The translations under genes and the position numbers were made by a program. From an uncultured delta proteobacterium (GTDB taxonomy: Bacteria; Desulfobacterota; Desulfuromonadia; Geobacterales; Pseudopelobacteraceae): a DNA stretch of 64,000 bases. The stretch is taken from contig CAVYYZ010000003.1 of NCBI GenBank assembly GCA_963772835.1, forward strand, positions 64,001 through 128,000. Reading direction: 5' to 3'. Positions 10,301 to 21,971 of this stretch are shown here, one piece after another. The notes beneath the pieces were generated by a model. That model worked only from the letters and a program-made list of their open reading frames with translations, did no database searches and was not told the DNA's origin. Each line of letters opens with the position of its first letter. Position 1 is the first letter of the stretch.

Positions 10301-11104
10301 ATGCAGCGACAGCCAGCCGTAGCAGGTCAGTTTTATCCGGGCAGTGAACATGGGCTTCGTTCCGCCTTGTCTCAATTGATTTCGAAAAATCCGTCTCCGG
10401 TAGCGGTAAAAGGGATCATCTCCCCCCATGCAGGGTATATGTATTCCGGTGCGATTGCCGGTCGGCTGTATGGGCAGATTGCGATTCCCGCCACTGTTCT
10501 GATCATCGGCCCCAATCATCATGGAGCGGGGGAGGCTGCCGCACTTTATCCTGATGGTGAATGGCTGACTCCGCTTGGGCCGACAGCAATCTGTTCCCGC
10601 CTCAACTCACTCCTTCTTCAGCATGGTTCCTATCTTAGAAATGACAGAATAGCCCACCAGGACGAGCATTCTCTCGAAGTCCAGCTCCCTTTCCTTCAGT
10701 TTCTGCGTCCTGATGTTGCCATATCAGCACTCTGTATCGGCCACGGCGGTTATCTCTCCCTGCGTGACATCGGCCATGGAATCGCCGCTGCCATCCGGGA
10801 GTTCGGCGAAGAGGTTCTCATTGTCGCCAGCTCGGATATGACCCATTATGAATCTGCTGATACCGCCCGAAAGAAGGATGGCCTTGCGCTTGAGCGGGCG
10901 CTTGCGCTTGACGGCAAAGGGCTGCTTGACGTCTGTCAAAGCCGGGGGATTACGATGTGTGGAGTCGCACCGGCGACAGTTATGATAGAGGCGGCTCTTC
11001 AGTTGGGGGCATTGAAGGCTGAACTGGTGGTGTACGGCACCAGCGGTGATGTAACCGGAGATAACCGGCAGGTGGTCGGCTATGCGGCGGTGACGGTCAG
11101 TTGA
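10301..11104 (+). CDS. amrB: AmmeMemoRadiSam system protein B (MEMO1 family)
   Basis: PAVAGQFYPG, PHAGYMYSG, GPNH, EHSLEVQLPF, ASSDMTHY, VVGYA. Confidence 0.92.
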   Translation: MQRQPAVAGQFYPGSEHGLRSALSQLISKNPSPVAVKGIISPHAGYMYSGAIAGRLYGQIAIPATVLIIGPNHHGAGEAAALYPDGEWLTPLGPTAICSRLNSLLLQHGSYLRNDRIAHQDEHSLEVQLPFLQFLRPDVAISALCIGHGGYLSLRDIGHGIAAAIREFGEEVLIVASSDMTHYESADTARKKDGLALERALALDGKGLLDVCQSRGITMCGVAPATVMIEAALQLGALKAELVVYGTSGDVTGDNRQVVGYAAVTVS

Positions 11105-11117
11105 TTGCCGGTCGTAA

Positions 11118-13619
11118 TTACATACTCTGGTTATCAAGTGGAAGCGTAATCCGGAATGTACTGCCTGACGACCCGTCGCTTTCGACGGTCAGGGAGCCGT
11201 GATGCTCCTCAATGATTCGCTGGGTAATTGAGAGACCAAGTCCGGTACCGGCCCCCTTGCGGGTAAAGAACGGCTCAAAGATCAGCGGCAGATCCTGCTC
11301 GCGTATCCCCGGGCCGTTGTCATGTATGGTAACCGTAACGGTTGTATCGTGACACCCGGTTGCGATCGTAACAACTCCGCCGCTCTCAAGTACTTCGAAC
11401 GCATTTTTCAGGATATTGATCAGTGCCTGCCGTATTTTTTCAGGGTCGAATCTGAACTGTGGCAGCAGAACATACGAAACATTCAGAGTGATTCCCTGTT
11501 TCTCAGCCTGCCTGCGCATCAACAGCAGGATGTCCTTCACCAACTGAGTTAAATCCCCTTCCCTGAACGCGGTACGCACCGGTGATGAGTAGTTGAGCAG
11601 GGCGCTGATAAGCCTTTCGACCCTCTCTATTTCGGACAATGCCTTGGAGAGCATCTCTCTGTCTTCAACGCTGAAGCCGGGTTTGTCGTGCAGGTCATCA
11701 AGGAGGAGCGATATCCCGGTCAAGGGGTTGCGGACTTCGTGGGCTATACCGGCCGAAAGTTTACCGAGTGACGCAAGGCGGTCCAGTCGTATTGTCTCTT
11801 CACGCAGGCGCTCGCGCTCGGTTTCATTACGCAGAGTTATGGTCAATCCCATTTCAGCATCGGCGCCGATCGGGAACAGACCAAAATCGTAATAGGTCAT
11901 CTCACCGTCTATCTGACGGCTTAACGGTTCGCGCCCGTACCCTTTTTTGCCCCGTAGTACGTCACCTATACGTGCTGAAACATCAGGCCATGCGGCAAAC
12001 GCCTCAGTATACTTACGGCCGAGGCAGACTGCATCGGACAGGACACTTTGTCCTACTCCGTTGATCGAGGTCAGCACACCACCGGGTGATATTGTGATAA
12101 TTGCGCTTGAAATACTTTCCAGAATACTGGTCTTGAAGTTGCGTTCTTCGAGAATATCTATTCGTGACCGCTGCAACTCATCAAGCGTTGCCAGAAGGCT
12201 GTTTTTACGGATTTCCAGTTCGTCGGCCATAAAATTGAACGTCCGGCCGAGTACGCCGATTTCGTCGGCAGATGATACGGCAACCCGGCTGTGGATGTCT
12301 CCTTCAGCCAGTTTGTTGGCACCCTCTGTCAGTTGAAGCAGCGGACGGGTGATGCCGCGTGATAAGCCCCAGGCTGAAAAACCGGCCAGAATTGACGTGA
12401 TCAGAAGAATAACGGCGCTTCGCGTCCGGTGTTCACCCAACTGCTGGTTGATCAGCCGGCTTCCTTTGCGTGCGGCATCCTGAAATTGGTCGAGTTGAAA
12501 GCCGATGGTGATGCCCCCGAACACGCCATGACGGGAGTAATCTCCGCTGCCGTAGATGATTGGTGCGTATGCCATGATCTTCTTTGCGCCGCCGACATTG
12601 GTGGTATCCACGAATCCCGCTTTCTGCCTTCTTACCTGATCGGCAACCCGTGGGTAGTTAGGATGAATAAAGCCGGCGTGGTCGAGATTGAATGGTATCC
12701 GTCCGTTGTCTATGTCTGATTTTGCAGATTTTTCAGAATAGGGGGGGATCAACCGGCCGCGGGCATCCAGGCCTCGAATATCCCAGTATTTCGGGTGCGT
12801 GATGATCCACCCCTCATCATCGAACATGAAGGCGTAGTTCCCGCTTTTGTAGGAAGGAAATACTGTTGAAAAGTTATGCCCTGGATCGATATGCTGAGTA
12901 AACTCCATTAAATGGCGATGATCAAGCGAGACGACTACCACGCCGTTGAAAGAACCACGAGCATCAAAAAGTGCTGCGGCAAGGCGGATCACACCTTTAT
13001 ATGACTTGCCGTCATAGGCGTGTTCCGGTTCGTCGGCACCGTTAAGCTGATCCTGTTTCGAAATGTGGAAGCCGGTGAGATGTGAAACATATATTTTTCC
13101 CGGCTGGGTGCGAACCCTGTTGAAATAATCTTCCGTCAAGAATTCTGTCCCGGCGGGATGAGAAACATTCTTCAACTCCGCTGCCGGGATTGTTTCGCCA
13201 TCCTTGATCACGAGCTTTTCCTGACCATTCCGGTCGATCAGGGAGATGCTGTGGTAGAGCGGCACCTGCTCATGTATCTCCATCGGAGCCGATGCGCTTC
13301 CGGTCTGGTACCATATTTCACCCCGTCTGCTGAAATAAAAATTGAGCAGTGTTGACCGGTCCAGCTGCGAGCGGGAGAGGAACATCAGGTCATTCTCGCA
13401 TTGATGCAGTAAATCAGCCACGTTTTCAGCTATTTGAGTCGCCCGCATCTGGAGAGATTCCGATGCCTGAATATCTGCCGTTCCGCCGATTTCAGAGGTA
13501 AGGCGGGCGCTGGTTGATTCAAGGTTGAAAAAAAGAATCAGTGAGGATGCCATCAGGGGGAGCAGAGACAGCAGCAGAGTTATGACGAGGATTTTTTTAA
13601 AGAGTGTCAGGCGCGGCAT
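11118..13619 (-). CDS. Membrane sensor histidine kinase (Cache-like, HAMP, HisKA, HATPase)
   Basis: Two TM segments around a large periplasmic region; AHEVRNPL, DNGPG, GTGLGL. Confidence 0.92.
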   Translation of the reverse strand: MPRLTLFKKILVITLLLSLLPLMASSLILFFNLESTSARLTSEIGGTADIQASESLQMRATQIAENVADLLHQCENDLMFLSRSQLDRSTLLNFYFSRRGEIWYQTGSASAPMEIHEQVPLYHSISLIDRNGQEKLVIKDGETIPAAELKNVSHPAGTEFLTEDYFNRVRTQPGKIYVSHLTGFHISKQDQLNGADEPEHAYDGKSYKGVIRLAAALFDARGSFNGVVVVSLDHRHLMEFTQHIDPGHNFSTVFPSYKSGNYAFMFDDEGWIITHPKYWDIRGLDARGRLIPPYSEKSAKSDIDNGRIPFNLDHAGFIHPNYPRVADQVRRQKAGFVDTTNVGGAKKIMAYAPIIYGSGDYSRHGVFGGITIGFQLDQFQDAARKGSRLINQQLGEHRTRSAVILLITSILAGFSAWGLSRGITRPLLQLTEGANKLAEGDIHSRVAVSSADEIGVLGRTFNFMADELEIRKNSLLATLDELQRSRIDILEERNFKTSILESISSAIITISPGGVLTSINGVGQSVLSDAVCLGRKYTEAFAAWPDVSARIGDVLRGKKGYGREPLSRQIDGEMTYYDFGLFPIGADAEMGLTITLRNETERERLREETIRLDRLASLGKLSAGIAHEVRNPLTGISLLLDDLHDKPGFSVEDREMLSKALSEIERVERLISALLNYSSPVRTAFREGDLTQLVKDILLLMRRQAEKQGITLNVSYVLLPQFRFDPEKIRQALINILKNAFEVLESGGVVTIATGCHDTTVTVTIHDNGPGIREQDLPLIFEPFFTRKGAGTGLGLSITQRIIEEHHGSLTVESDGSSGSTFRITLPLDNQSM

Positions 13620-13817
13620 TCCAGCTCCAATTGGTGCAATCCGGATTGTATTTCATTGAGTACAATGATACCTTGCATCGGGTCAAGATATCTTTTAATT
13701 GGTTGTTGACGTGAGTATTATGTGAACTTTTCTACCGTTTTTCATTTTTATTCGTCACTGGACGCAGCGCGGCAAAAAGAAATGATTATTGTGTGAATTT
13801 CCAGGATGGTACCTGTT

Positions 13818-15659
13818 ATGGGCTACAAAAACCTGCAGGAATGCGTGGCTGATCTTCAGCGGCAACGGATGTTGAAGCAAATTGACGTTCCTATTGACCC
13901 CCATCTGGAAATCGGCGCGCTGCAGCGACGTGTATATCAGGCGGGAGGACCTGCGCTGCTCTTCACGAATGCGCTCGGCAGCAGATTCCCGCTGCTGGGC
14001 AACCTGTTCGGTACGCTGGAGCGAACCCGCTATATTTTTCGTGATACACTGGATGATATTCGCCGGCTTGTCGAAATCAAGATCAACCCGTTTTCCCTCA
14101 TCAAAAATCCGCTCGATATTGTAAAGGCTCCTTTTGCAGCCTATCATCTGCTTCCTGCCGTTACCTCACACGCGCCTGTTATGGAATGTTCAACAACAAT
14201 CTCCGCTCTGCCGCAGATCGTTTCCTGGCCCCGTGATGGCGGAGCATTTTTGACTCTTCCGCAAGTATACAGTGAAAGCCCGGCAGTCCCCGGGTTTGCA
14301 CGGTCAAATCTTGGCATGTACCGTGTACAACTGTCCGGTAACAGCTATCAACCGGACAGGCAGGTAGGATTGCATTATCAGATTCATCGCGGCATCGGCG
14401 CTCATCATGCCGAAGCGATTGCGCGGGGGGAGCTGCTCAGGGTCAATATCTTTCTCGGTGGTGCACCCGCAATGACCGTCGCGGCCGTTATGCCCTTGCC
14501 TGAAGGTATGCCGGAGATCTCGTTCGCCGGTCTGCTGGCCGGCCATCGCATACCGATGACCAGAGTTCCCGGCCATGTGCCGGTCTACTCCGAGGCCGAT
14601 TTCTGTATCAGCGGCGTTGTTCATCCATCCAAAACTCTGCCGGAAGGACCTTTCGGGGACCATCTCGGCTACTACAGCCTTACCCATGAATTTCCGTATG
14701 TCGAGATTGACAGAATTTATCATCGCCGTGATGCCATTTTCCCGTTTACAACTGTCGGTCGCCCTCCGCAGGAAGATACCAGTTTCGGCGCCTTTATTCA
14801 CGAGTTGACCGGTCCGCTTATTCCGACTGTCGTGTCCGGGGTAAAAGAAGTGCATGCGGTAGATGCTGCCGGTGTCCATCCGTTGCTGCTGGCAATTGCC
14901 AGCGAGCGCTATGTGCCGTATTCCACCATTCGCCACCCTCAGGAACTGCTGACTGTTGCCAACGCCATTCTCGGACAGGGGCAGCTTTCCCTTGCCAAAT
15001 ACCTGCTGGTTGCTGCGCAGGAGGATGCTCCGGCCCTGGATACTCATGACATTCCCTCCTTTTTACGGCATATTCTGGAGCGTGTCGACTGGCTCACCTG
15101 CCTTCATTTTCAGACCGCTACCACAATTGATACACTCGATTACAGCGGCAGCGGGCTTAACGAAGGATCCAAAGTGGTGATTGCCGCCGCCGGTCCGGTC
15201 CGGCAGAAACTCGTGCCCGAGGAGCCTGCAGGGCTTGAACTGCCGATCGGATTCGGTCCTGCTTCTGTCTGTCTGCCCGGCATTCTGTGCATACAGGGCC
15301 CGCCATCACTTCAGCAGAGGGGGGAGGGGGACCCGCTTATGGATGAGTTCTGCCGTTATTACCGCGACAGGGATTCTTTTTCCGGTTTTCCGCTGATAGT
15401 TATCTGCGACAACAGCCGGTTTGTATCGGCCACCCTGAACAACTTCCTCTGGGTGACGTTTACCCGATCAAACCCGGCTGTGGATATCTACGGCATTCGT
15501 CCCGAAATCCGCGGCAGGCACTGGGGGTGTGGAGGTCCGCTGGTTATCGATGCGCGGATTAAGCCGTTTCACGCCCCGCCGCTGGAGGATGATCCGGCGG
15601 TCGAACGTAAAATTGACGCACTTGCCGCACCCGGTGCTCCGCTTCACGGGATGTTCTGA
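13818..15659 (+). CDS. ubiD: UbiD family decarboxylase
   Basis: NLGMYRVQ, EGPFGDHLGYY, GRPPQED, LVIDARIK. Confidence 0.9.
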   Translation: MGYKNLQECVADLQRQRMLKQIDVPIDPHLEIGALQRRVYQAGGPALLFTNALGSRFPLLGNLFGTLERTRYIFRDTLDDIRRLVEIKINPFSLIKNPLDIVKAPFAAYHLLPAVTSHAPVMECSTTISALPQIVSWPRDGGAFLTLPQVYSESPAVPGFARSNLGMYRVQLSGNSYQPDRQVGLHYQIHRGIGAHHAEAIARGELLRVNIFLGGAPAMTVAAVMPLPEGMPEISFAGLLAGHRIPMTRVPGHVPVYSEADFCISGVVHPSKTLPEGPFGDHLGYYSLTHEFPYVEIDRIYHRRDAIFPFTTVGRPPQEDTSFGAFIHELTGPLIPTVVSGVKEVHAVDAAGVHPLLLAIASERYVPYSTIRHPQELLTVANAILGQGQLSLAKYLLVAAQEDAPALDTHDIPSFLRHILERVDWLTCLHFQTATTIDTLDYSGSGLNEGSKVVIAAAGPVRQKLVPEEPAGLELPIGFGPASVCLPGILCIQGPPSLQQRGEGDPLMDEFCRYYRDRDSFSGFPLIVICDNSRFVSATLNNFLWVTFTRSNPAVDIYGIRPEIRGRHWGCGGPLVIDARIKPFHAPPLEDDPAVERKIDALAAPGAPLHGMF

Positions 15660-15660
15660 T

Positions 15661-16593
15661 ATGCCGACCGCTTCTATTGTCACCCGCTCCCTTGCCAAAT
15701 CCTATGGTGAGCTTACGGCTCTCGACTCTTTTGACTTCGAGGTTCAGCAGGGTTCTATATTCGGTCTTCTCGGCCCCAATGGTGCCGGGAAAACCACCCT
15801 GATCCGTATTCTAACGACTCTCATGCGTCAGAGTTCCGGCGAAGCTACAATTGAAGGACTGGATACCGTGCGTTCAGGCCTTGCTATCCGTCGCATGATC
15901 GGAGTCGTGTCTCAGGAAAACAGCCTTGACCGGTACCTGACTGCACGTGAAAATCTGGAGCTGCATGCGCGTCTGCACGGAATGGATAAAAGAGTGTACA
16001 CCCACCGGATTGATGAACTGCTCGAACTTATGGGGTTAACAGGACGCCAGAAGGATTTTCCCGACACCTTTTCGGGGGGGATGCAGCGGCGATTGGTGAT
16101 CGCCCGGGCACTCGTGCATCGGCCGCAGGTACTTTTCCTCGATGAACCGACCACCGGTCTTGACCCGCAGTCACGTCGTGCGGTATGGGAATATGTCCGC
16201 TCACTGGCCGGCAGCATGACGATCTTTCTGACGACGCATTATCTGGAAGAAGCGGAACAGCTCTGTGACCGGATCGCCATAATGGACCACGGTCGATTAA
16301 TCGCCATCGGGAGCACTCAGGAGTTGAAGGATCGTTTGAGTGGGACGACTATGTATGAAATTGAGTTTATCGACCAGGAGGCAGACCGCTATGCCACACT
16401 CCTTGGCTCGCTGCCATGTGTCATAGATATCAGTCAGATAAAAAATAAAGTTACAGTAACACTTGAATGTTGGGAATGCCTTTCTGAAGTTGTCACAGCC
16501 CTGAACGGAGCGCCCGTCCGCCGTATATCACTTCAGGAGAGAACCCTCGAAGATGTGTTTATATCATTGACCGGAGAGAAGGTGAGGGAATAA
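15661..16593 (+). CDS. ABC-2 (DrrA-like) transporter ATP-binding protein
   Basis: GPNGAGKTT, FSGGMQRR, LDEPTTGLD; ATG 1 nt after ubiD stop. Confidence 0.93.
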   Translation: MPTASIVTRSLAKSYGELTALDSFDFEVQQGSIFGLLGPNGAGKTTLIRILTTLMRQSSGEATIEGLDTVRSGLAIRRMIGVVSQENSLDRYLTARENLELHARLHGMDKRVYTHRIDELLELMGLTGRQKDFPDTFSGGMQRRLVIARALVHRPQVLFLDEPTTGLDPQSRRAVWEYVRSLAGSMTIFLTTHYLEEAEQLCDRIAIMDHGRLIAIGSTQELKDRLSGTTMYEIEFIDQEADRYATLLGSLPCVIDISQIKNKVTVTLECWECLSEVVTALNGAPVRRISLQERTLEDVFISLTGEKVRE

Positions 16594-17348
16594 TGCTGAA
16601 TGGGGCTCTGGCTATCTGGCAGCGCGATATTCAGGTATTGCGCCGCAGTATAATTTCGGAAATGGTCGCAGTGGTTGCGTATCCGCTAACCATCTACCTT
16701 GCATTCGGTATCGGTATGCAGGGTTACATCGGTCTGGTGGACGGGGTTCCCTACGGGCTGTTTATCGCGCCCGGCCTCATCACAATGACGGCGGTCAGTG
16801 CTGCATATAATGAAAGCGTCTGGAGTCTCTGGTTTCATCGCCGGGTTCAATTTACCATCGAATCGTATCGGGTGACCCCGATTTCGGTATCAGAAATTGT
16901 TATAGCCAAAATATTCACCGGTTTTACCCATGGCATCATAAAGGGATGTGTCGTCGGATTGGTGATTTTTGCGATTACTCCGTTTCGTTTTCCACTGGAG
17001 CATCTGTTCCACTATCTGCTGTTTCTGATACCCGGTTCGGCTCTTTTCTCCTGTGCCGGAGTCATCAGCGGAACGGTTATGGACAAACCGGAGACAATCG
17101 GCAAAGTGGAGGCGGTGCTTGTCATGCCTCTGATCTTCATGTCAGGACTTTTCTTCCCGCTTTCCTCCTATCCGCCGTCACTGATTTTCTGGGTGCGTGC
17201 ATTGCCGACTACAGCACTTTTTGAAGGCGCCCGCCGGGCTCTGGTCGCCGGTGAAATGGTGCCGCTTGCCGCTCTGCAGGTTTCACTGTCGGCGGTGCTG
17301 ACATTTGCCGCCGCGGTGTATATTTTCCGATACAAAATGTCGGAATGA
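16593..17348 (+). CDS. ABC-2 transporter permease
   Basis: Six TM segments, PLIFMSGLFFP; TAATG overlap with the ATPase. Confidence 0.9.
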   Translation: MLNGALAIWQRDIQVLRRSIISEMVAVVAYPLTIYLAFGIGMQGYIGLVDGVPYGLFIAPGLITMTAVSAAYNESVWSLWFHRRVQFTIESYRVTPISVSEIVIAKIFTGFTHGIIKGCVVGLVIFAITPFRFPLEHLFHYLLFLIPGSALFSCAGVISGTVMDKPETIGKVEAVLVMPLIFMSGLFFPLSSYPPSLIFWVRALPTTALFEGARRALVAGEMVPLAALQVSLSAVLTFAAAVYIFRYKMSE

Positions 17349-17512
17349 GATGCCTGTTTAGCGTGTACATACACTGAAAATTAATAATCCGGAGAACAAA
17401 CCCGGCTTGAATATTTTCATTCATTTTACTTAGCGGAGTATACTCTCCTACTTGACATTATCTCTGTATTGGTAAATATTTCAGTTGTTTATAAATTTTT
17501 AGGAGGTTACAC

Positions 17513-17794
17513 ATGAGACTCGCAGCAACGTTGGCCGCATTTGCCTTACTTGTCGCAACTACAGTATTTGCCGCTGGTAGCAAAACCTATCAAGTCACAG
17601 GACCTGTTCTTGAGCTGAAAGACGATATGATCGTAGTTCAGAAGGGGAATGAGAAGTGGGAAGTTGCCAGGGACAAGGATACAAAAGTCACGGGCGATCT
17701 GAAAGTCGGCAGTAAGGTTACTATTATGTACACAATGAAAGCTGCAACCGTTGAAGCAAAGTCAGATGCAAAAGTTGACAAGAAAAAGAAATAA
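17513..17794 (+). CDS. Small secreted protein (OB-fold-like)
   Basis: AGGAGG RBS; signal peptide ending VFA; DLKVGSKVTIMY. Confidence 0.8.
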   Translation: MRLAATLAAFALLVATTVFAAGSKTYQVTGPVLELKDDMIVVQKGNEKWEVARDKDTKVTGDLKVGSKVTIMYTMKAATVEAKSDAKVDKKKK

Positions 17795-17838
17795 CGGCGT
17801 CAGAAAACCGGGGTTGTAATCCCGAAACAACCGAATGG

Positions 17839-17880
17839 AAAACAGGAACATTACCGAATGAAGGGGAGTGTTCCTGTTTT
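17839..17880 (+). terminator. Terminator-like hairpin
   Basis: aaaacaggaaca ... tgttcctgtttt. Confidence 0.5.
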
Positions 17881-17945
17881 AGAATGTAATAATTTTCACA
17901 AATTGCTGCTGGAGTTGGTGAAGGGTTGATTGTGAGGTGGTTTTT

Positions 17946-18347
17946 ATGAAATTTAAAAACTGGCCGTTTTTTTTAGTCGTGTATATCGTTGTAACGCCTA
18001 TAATTTCACTCATGACGTTTCCGCACCCCGTCTTTGCTGAATGTCAGGAGTTTAAGATTGTTGAGTATGAAGACAGAATTGAGGCTGTATGTGTCGGTGA
18101 ACCGTTGACTGAGGCAGAGAAAAAGGCGGCACTGGCAGATCAGAGGCGACAGGAGCAGGAGTCTCAACGCCAGAAAGCAATTGAACAAAATCAGCAGAGA
18201 GAAGAAGCCGCCAAGGAGGCCAAGGCAAAGACGGATGCTGAAGCTGCCACCGCCAAGACAGCCGCCGAACGTAAAAAACAGAACATACCACCGATCAAGC
18301 CGCAACAGATACAGGATAAAAATCTTATCAATATCAAGAACATGTAG
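17946..18347 (+). CDS. Hypothetical secreted protein with Cys pair and coiled-coil tail
   Basis: Signal peptide (..VFA-EC), Q/E/K/A-rich helix. Confidence 0.7.
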   Translation: MKFKNWPFFLVVYIVVTPIISLMTFPHPVFAECQEFKIVEYEDRIEAVCVGEPLTEAEKKAALADQRRQEQESQRQKAIEQNQQREEAAKEAKAKTDAEAATAKTAAERKKQNIPPIKPQQIQDKNLINIKNM

Positions 18348-18449
18348 CCAAATAACTGCATGTCACCTACTTTTTCTTCCTTTACATCCTATCTGAGCAA
18401 TTCAGCAATATTTATTCTTATATCTTCCACATTCTGGACTGGTGCAAAA

Positions 18450-18709
18450 TTATGGTGTGTCTATCCATAAATAAGCCGCCTTCAGCACTGAATCTTCCGA
18501 AAAGTACGGCATGGATCTGTCTATAATCTGATCGCGCCGGGTCTTGTACTGGTCATACGTTGTCCTGTTCACGCGCTCGATGCATTTTTGTGTCTCGAAA
18601 AATTATTATAGCATTGTTGTCGCTGTCGCTCCTGAAAACCGGCATACCATGCCTGGTAGGTGCACCCCTGGAGAACCATGCAAAGGGTGATGACAATTAA
18701 TAGCACCAT
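18450..18709 (-). pseudogene. Frameshifted small lipoprotein, paralog of 49812-50021
   Basis: MVLLIVITLCMVLQGCTYQAWYAGFQERQRQQCYNN, frameshift near 18600, then FETQKCIERVNRTTYDQYK; not in the ORF track. Confidence 0.75.
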
Positions 18710-18710
18710 A

Positions 18711-20108
<1,398 letters not shown>

Positions 20109-20129
20109 GGGGTACTCTCTCATTTAGGG

Positions 20130-20492
20130 TTACATTCCGTTTCTGTACATAGAAGCAAAAAGGAGTATACCGGATATTAGTATGACTGTCATGGCCAATA
20201 CTACCGTTACTCCCGCCGTCCTGCCGAGGCTTAGCTCGTGGCGATCAATTCTGACAATATCGGATACTTCTACCTGTTCATTTTCTCCCGAGATGGAGCG
20301 CTCTGTTATTGCCTTGATGGTCAATTCCAGCACACGGCCGTCTCGCATGGTTATCTGAATGCTGTCCCCGGTTCTGAGAGACGAAGTGATCAGAACCGGT
20401 TCGGACGAAACCGGTCGAAGAGATGTGCAGCCGGATGCGAGAGTAACGATCAGAAGCAATGCCACCGGTTTCTTCCAGAGTCTGGTGTGCAT
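20130..20492 (-). CDS. Hypothetical lipoprotein with C-terminal TM helix
   Basis: Lipobox LASGC; AAGGAGA RBS before MHTRLWKK. Confidence 0.7.
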   Translation of the reverse strand: MHTRLWKKPVALLLIVTLASGCTSLRPVSSEPVLITSSLRTGDSIQITMRDGRVLELTIKAITERSISGENEQVEVSDIVRIDRHELSLGRTAGVTVVLAMTVILISGILLFASMYRNGM

Positions 20493-20529
20493 ATTTTTCT
20501 CCTTGGTGACTATGTTCCACCGTAAGTCA

Positions 20530-20985
20530 TCAGTTCGGGATCCACTCTCCCTTAAGCTTTGTGCATTGGTTCTGTGCGGCCACGGCGGCACTGCCTGCGG
20601 GCTTGATGCCGAAACCCGGGAAATTTACGTAGTAACGATATTTTGATTCACTGTTTTTCCCCTTGTACACGGTACACGTGCCGATACGCCCCTCAGTCGG
20701 ACATGCTCCGGCCAGATATTTCACTCCATTCCCCTCCCTGCACGACTTCTTCACACGTTCGACCTTGTAGGATGACCCGGTGAACTCGTTACAGAATCCG
20801 CTCGCACTGTTGCCACAGCTTCCGGCCGGTACGGAACTCGTGGCAGCGGTGTTGGTACTGCCGGTACCGGCAACGCCCGGCGTTGGCAGACATGCAGCGG
20901 CGAACAGAACCATGACGACGCCTGCACCAGCACAGGTTACAGCAGCAAATTTCAGCTTGGGGAGTGAGGTGTATTTCAGTTTCAT
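20530..20985 (-). CDS. Cys-rich exported protein or lipoprotein
   Basis: Signal-like N-terminus (LFAAAC), six further Cys, ends C...KGEW. Confidence 0.7.
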   Translation of the reverse strand: MKLKYTSLPKLKFAAVTCAGAGVVMVLFAAACLPTPGVAGTGSTNTAATSSVPAGSCGNSASGFCNEFTGSSYKVERVKKSCREGNGVKYLAGACPTEGRIGTCTVYKGKNSESKYRYYVNFPGFGIKPAGSAAVAAQNQCTKLKGEWIPN

Positions 20986-21087
20986 AATAGTTCCTTTTGT
21001 GGCGGATTGACAACCGGCCGTGGAGTAGCCCCGGCACCTTTTGGGCGGGGCTGATTATATTGGTGGAACCTCTGGATTCCTTCCGCT

Positions 21088-21891
21088 TTATTTGCCATAT
21101 CCCGTGTCAAGAGATGGCTCTTTCGAGATTCCCAGGCTCCGCGCAAGGACCTCCGCCGCAAGATCGAAGCTGGATTCCGGGTTAAGGGTGGGGCCGAGCA
21201 CCCGGACCTGACCGGCCCGGTTAAGCAAACGGTCATCATATGCGGCTTCGGGGCAGAACCTGCGCAGTTCGCTTACCAGGTGAGCAAAGTTAAGATCCCG
21301 TGAAAGCTTTAAAGATGTGCCGAATCCATCAAAGGTCATGCCGTTCTGGCAGAAAACAAGCGGCGGCCGACTGCCGGCATACAGAAAGAGGATTTTCCCT
21401 CGTGTTTCGTTTGAAACTGTTTCCTGGTGTTCGACCGTACTGGTCATCGGTATTCCTCCCGAAAGAATGGTCTTACCAATACTGAACTTTCGCTCGGTAA
21501 CCTTTTTTGTCACAGAAGTTCCGACGATTCTGGTGCCCTGAAGAAGAAGGTCAACCTCATCGTAGGGGATCTCTTCCCGTTTTCCTTCTCCGGTCTCTAT
21601 GGATATCGACACATTGTTAAACCGGAAGCTGCGGATGATGGAATGGCCGGCTCTATTGTACGCCTCACTGGAATCAACGATCATCGTCGTAAATCCGATC
21701 CGATGTAATTCAGCCGTCAATGCCAGTGCCATATCTCTGTCAGCGAAACTGGCCACCACGGCTGGTCCCTTTCCATACATCCGTGGTCGGGCTTCATAGA
21801 CCGTCATTTGCAGTGTATGTGCGAGTGCTTGAACCAGTTCGGCGGTATCTTCTTTCCAGCTGCTTATAGCAACGACATGCATGGAGTTCAC
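21088..21891 (-). CDS. Hypothetical protein
   Basis: 267-aa ORF with GAGG RBS, co-oriented in the minus-strand run. Confidence 0.75.
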   Translation of the reverse strand: MNSMHVVAISSWKEDTAELVQALAHTLQMTVYEARPRMYGKGPAVVASFADRDMALALTAELHRIGFTTMIVDSSEAYNRAGHSIIRSFRFNNVSISIETGEGKREEIPYDEVDLLLQGTRIVGTSVTKKVTERKFSIGKTILSGGIPMTSTVEHQETVSNETRGKILFLYAGSRPPLVFCQNGMTFDGFGTSLKLSRDLNFAHLVSELRRFCPEAAYDDRLLNRAGQVRVLGPTLNPESSFDLAAEVLARSLGISKEPSLDTGYGK

Positions 21892-21971
21892 CTCTGAGCA
21901 GTGCTCTCTGTTTTTATTTTAAATAATGTGGAGAGACGCCGTCCGGTTCATGCGTGCGTGCTCCCGCGATT

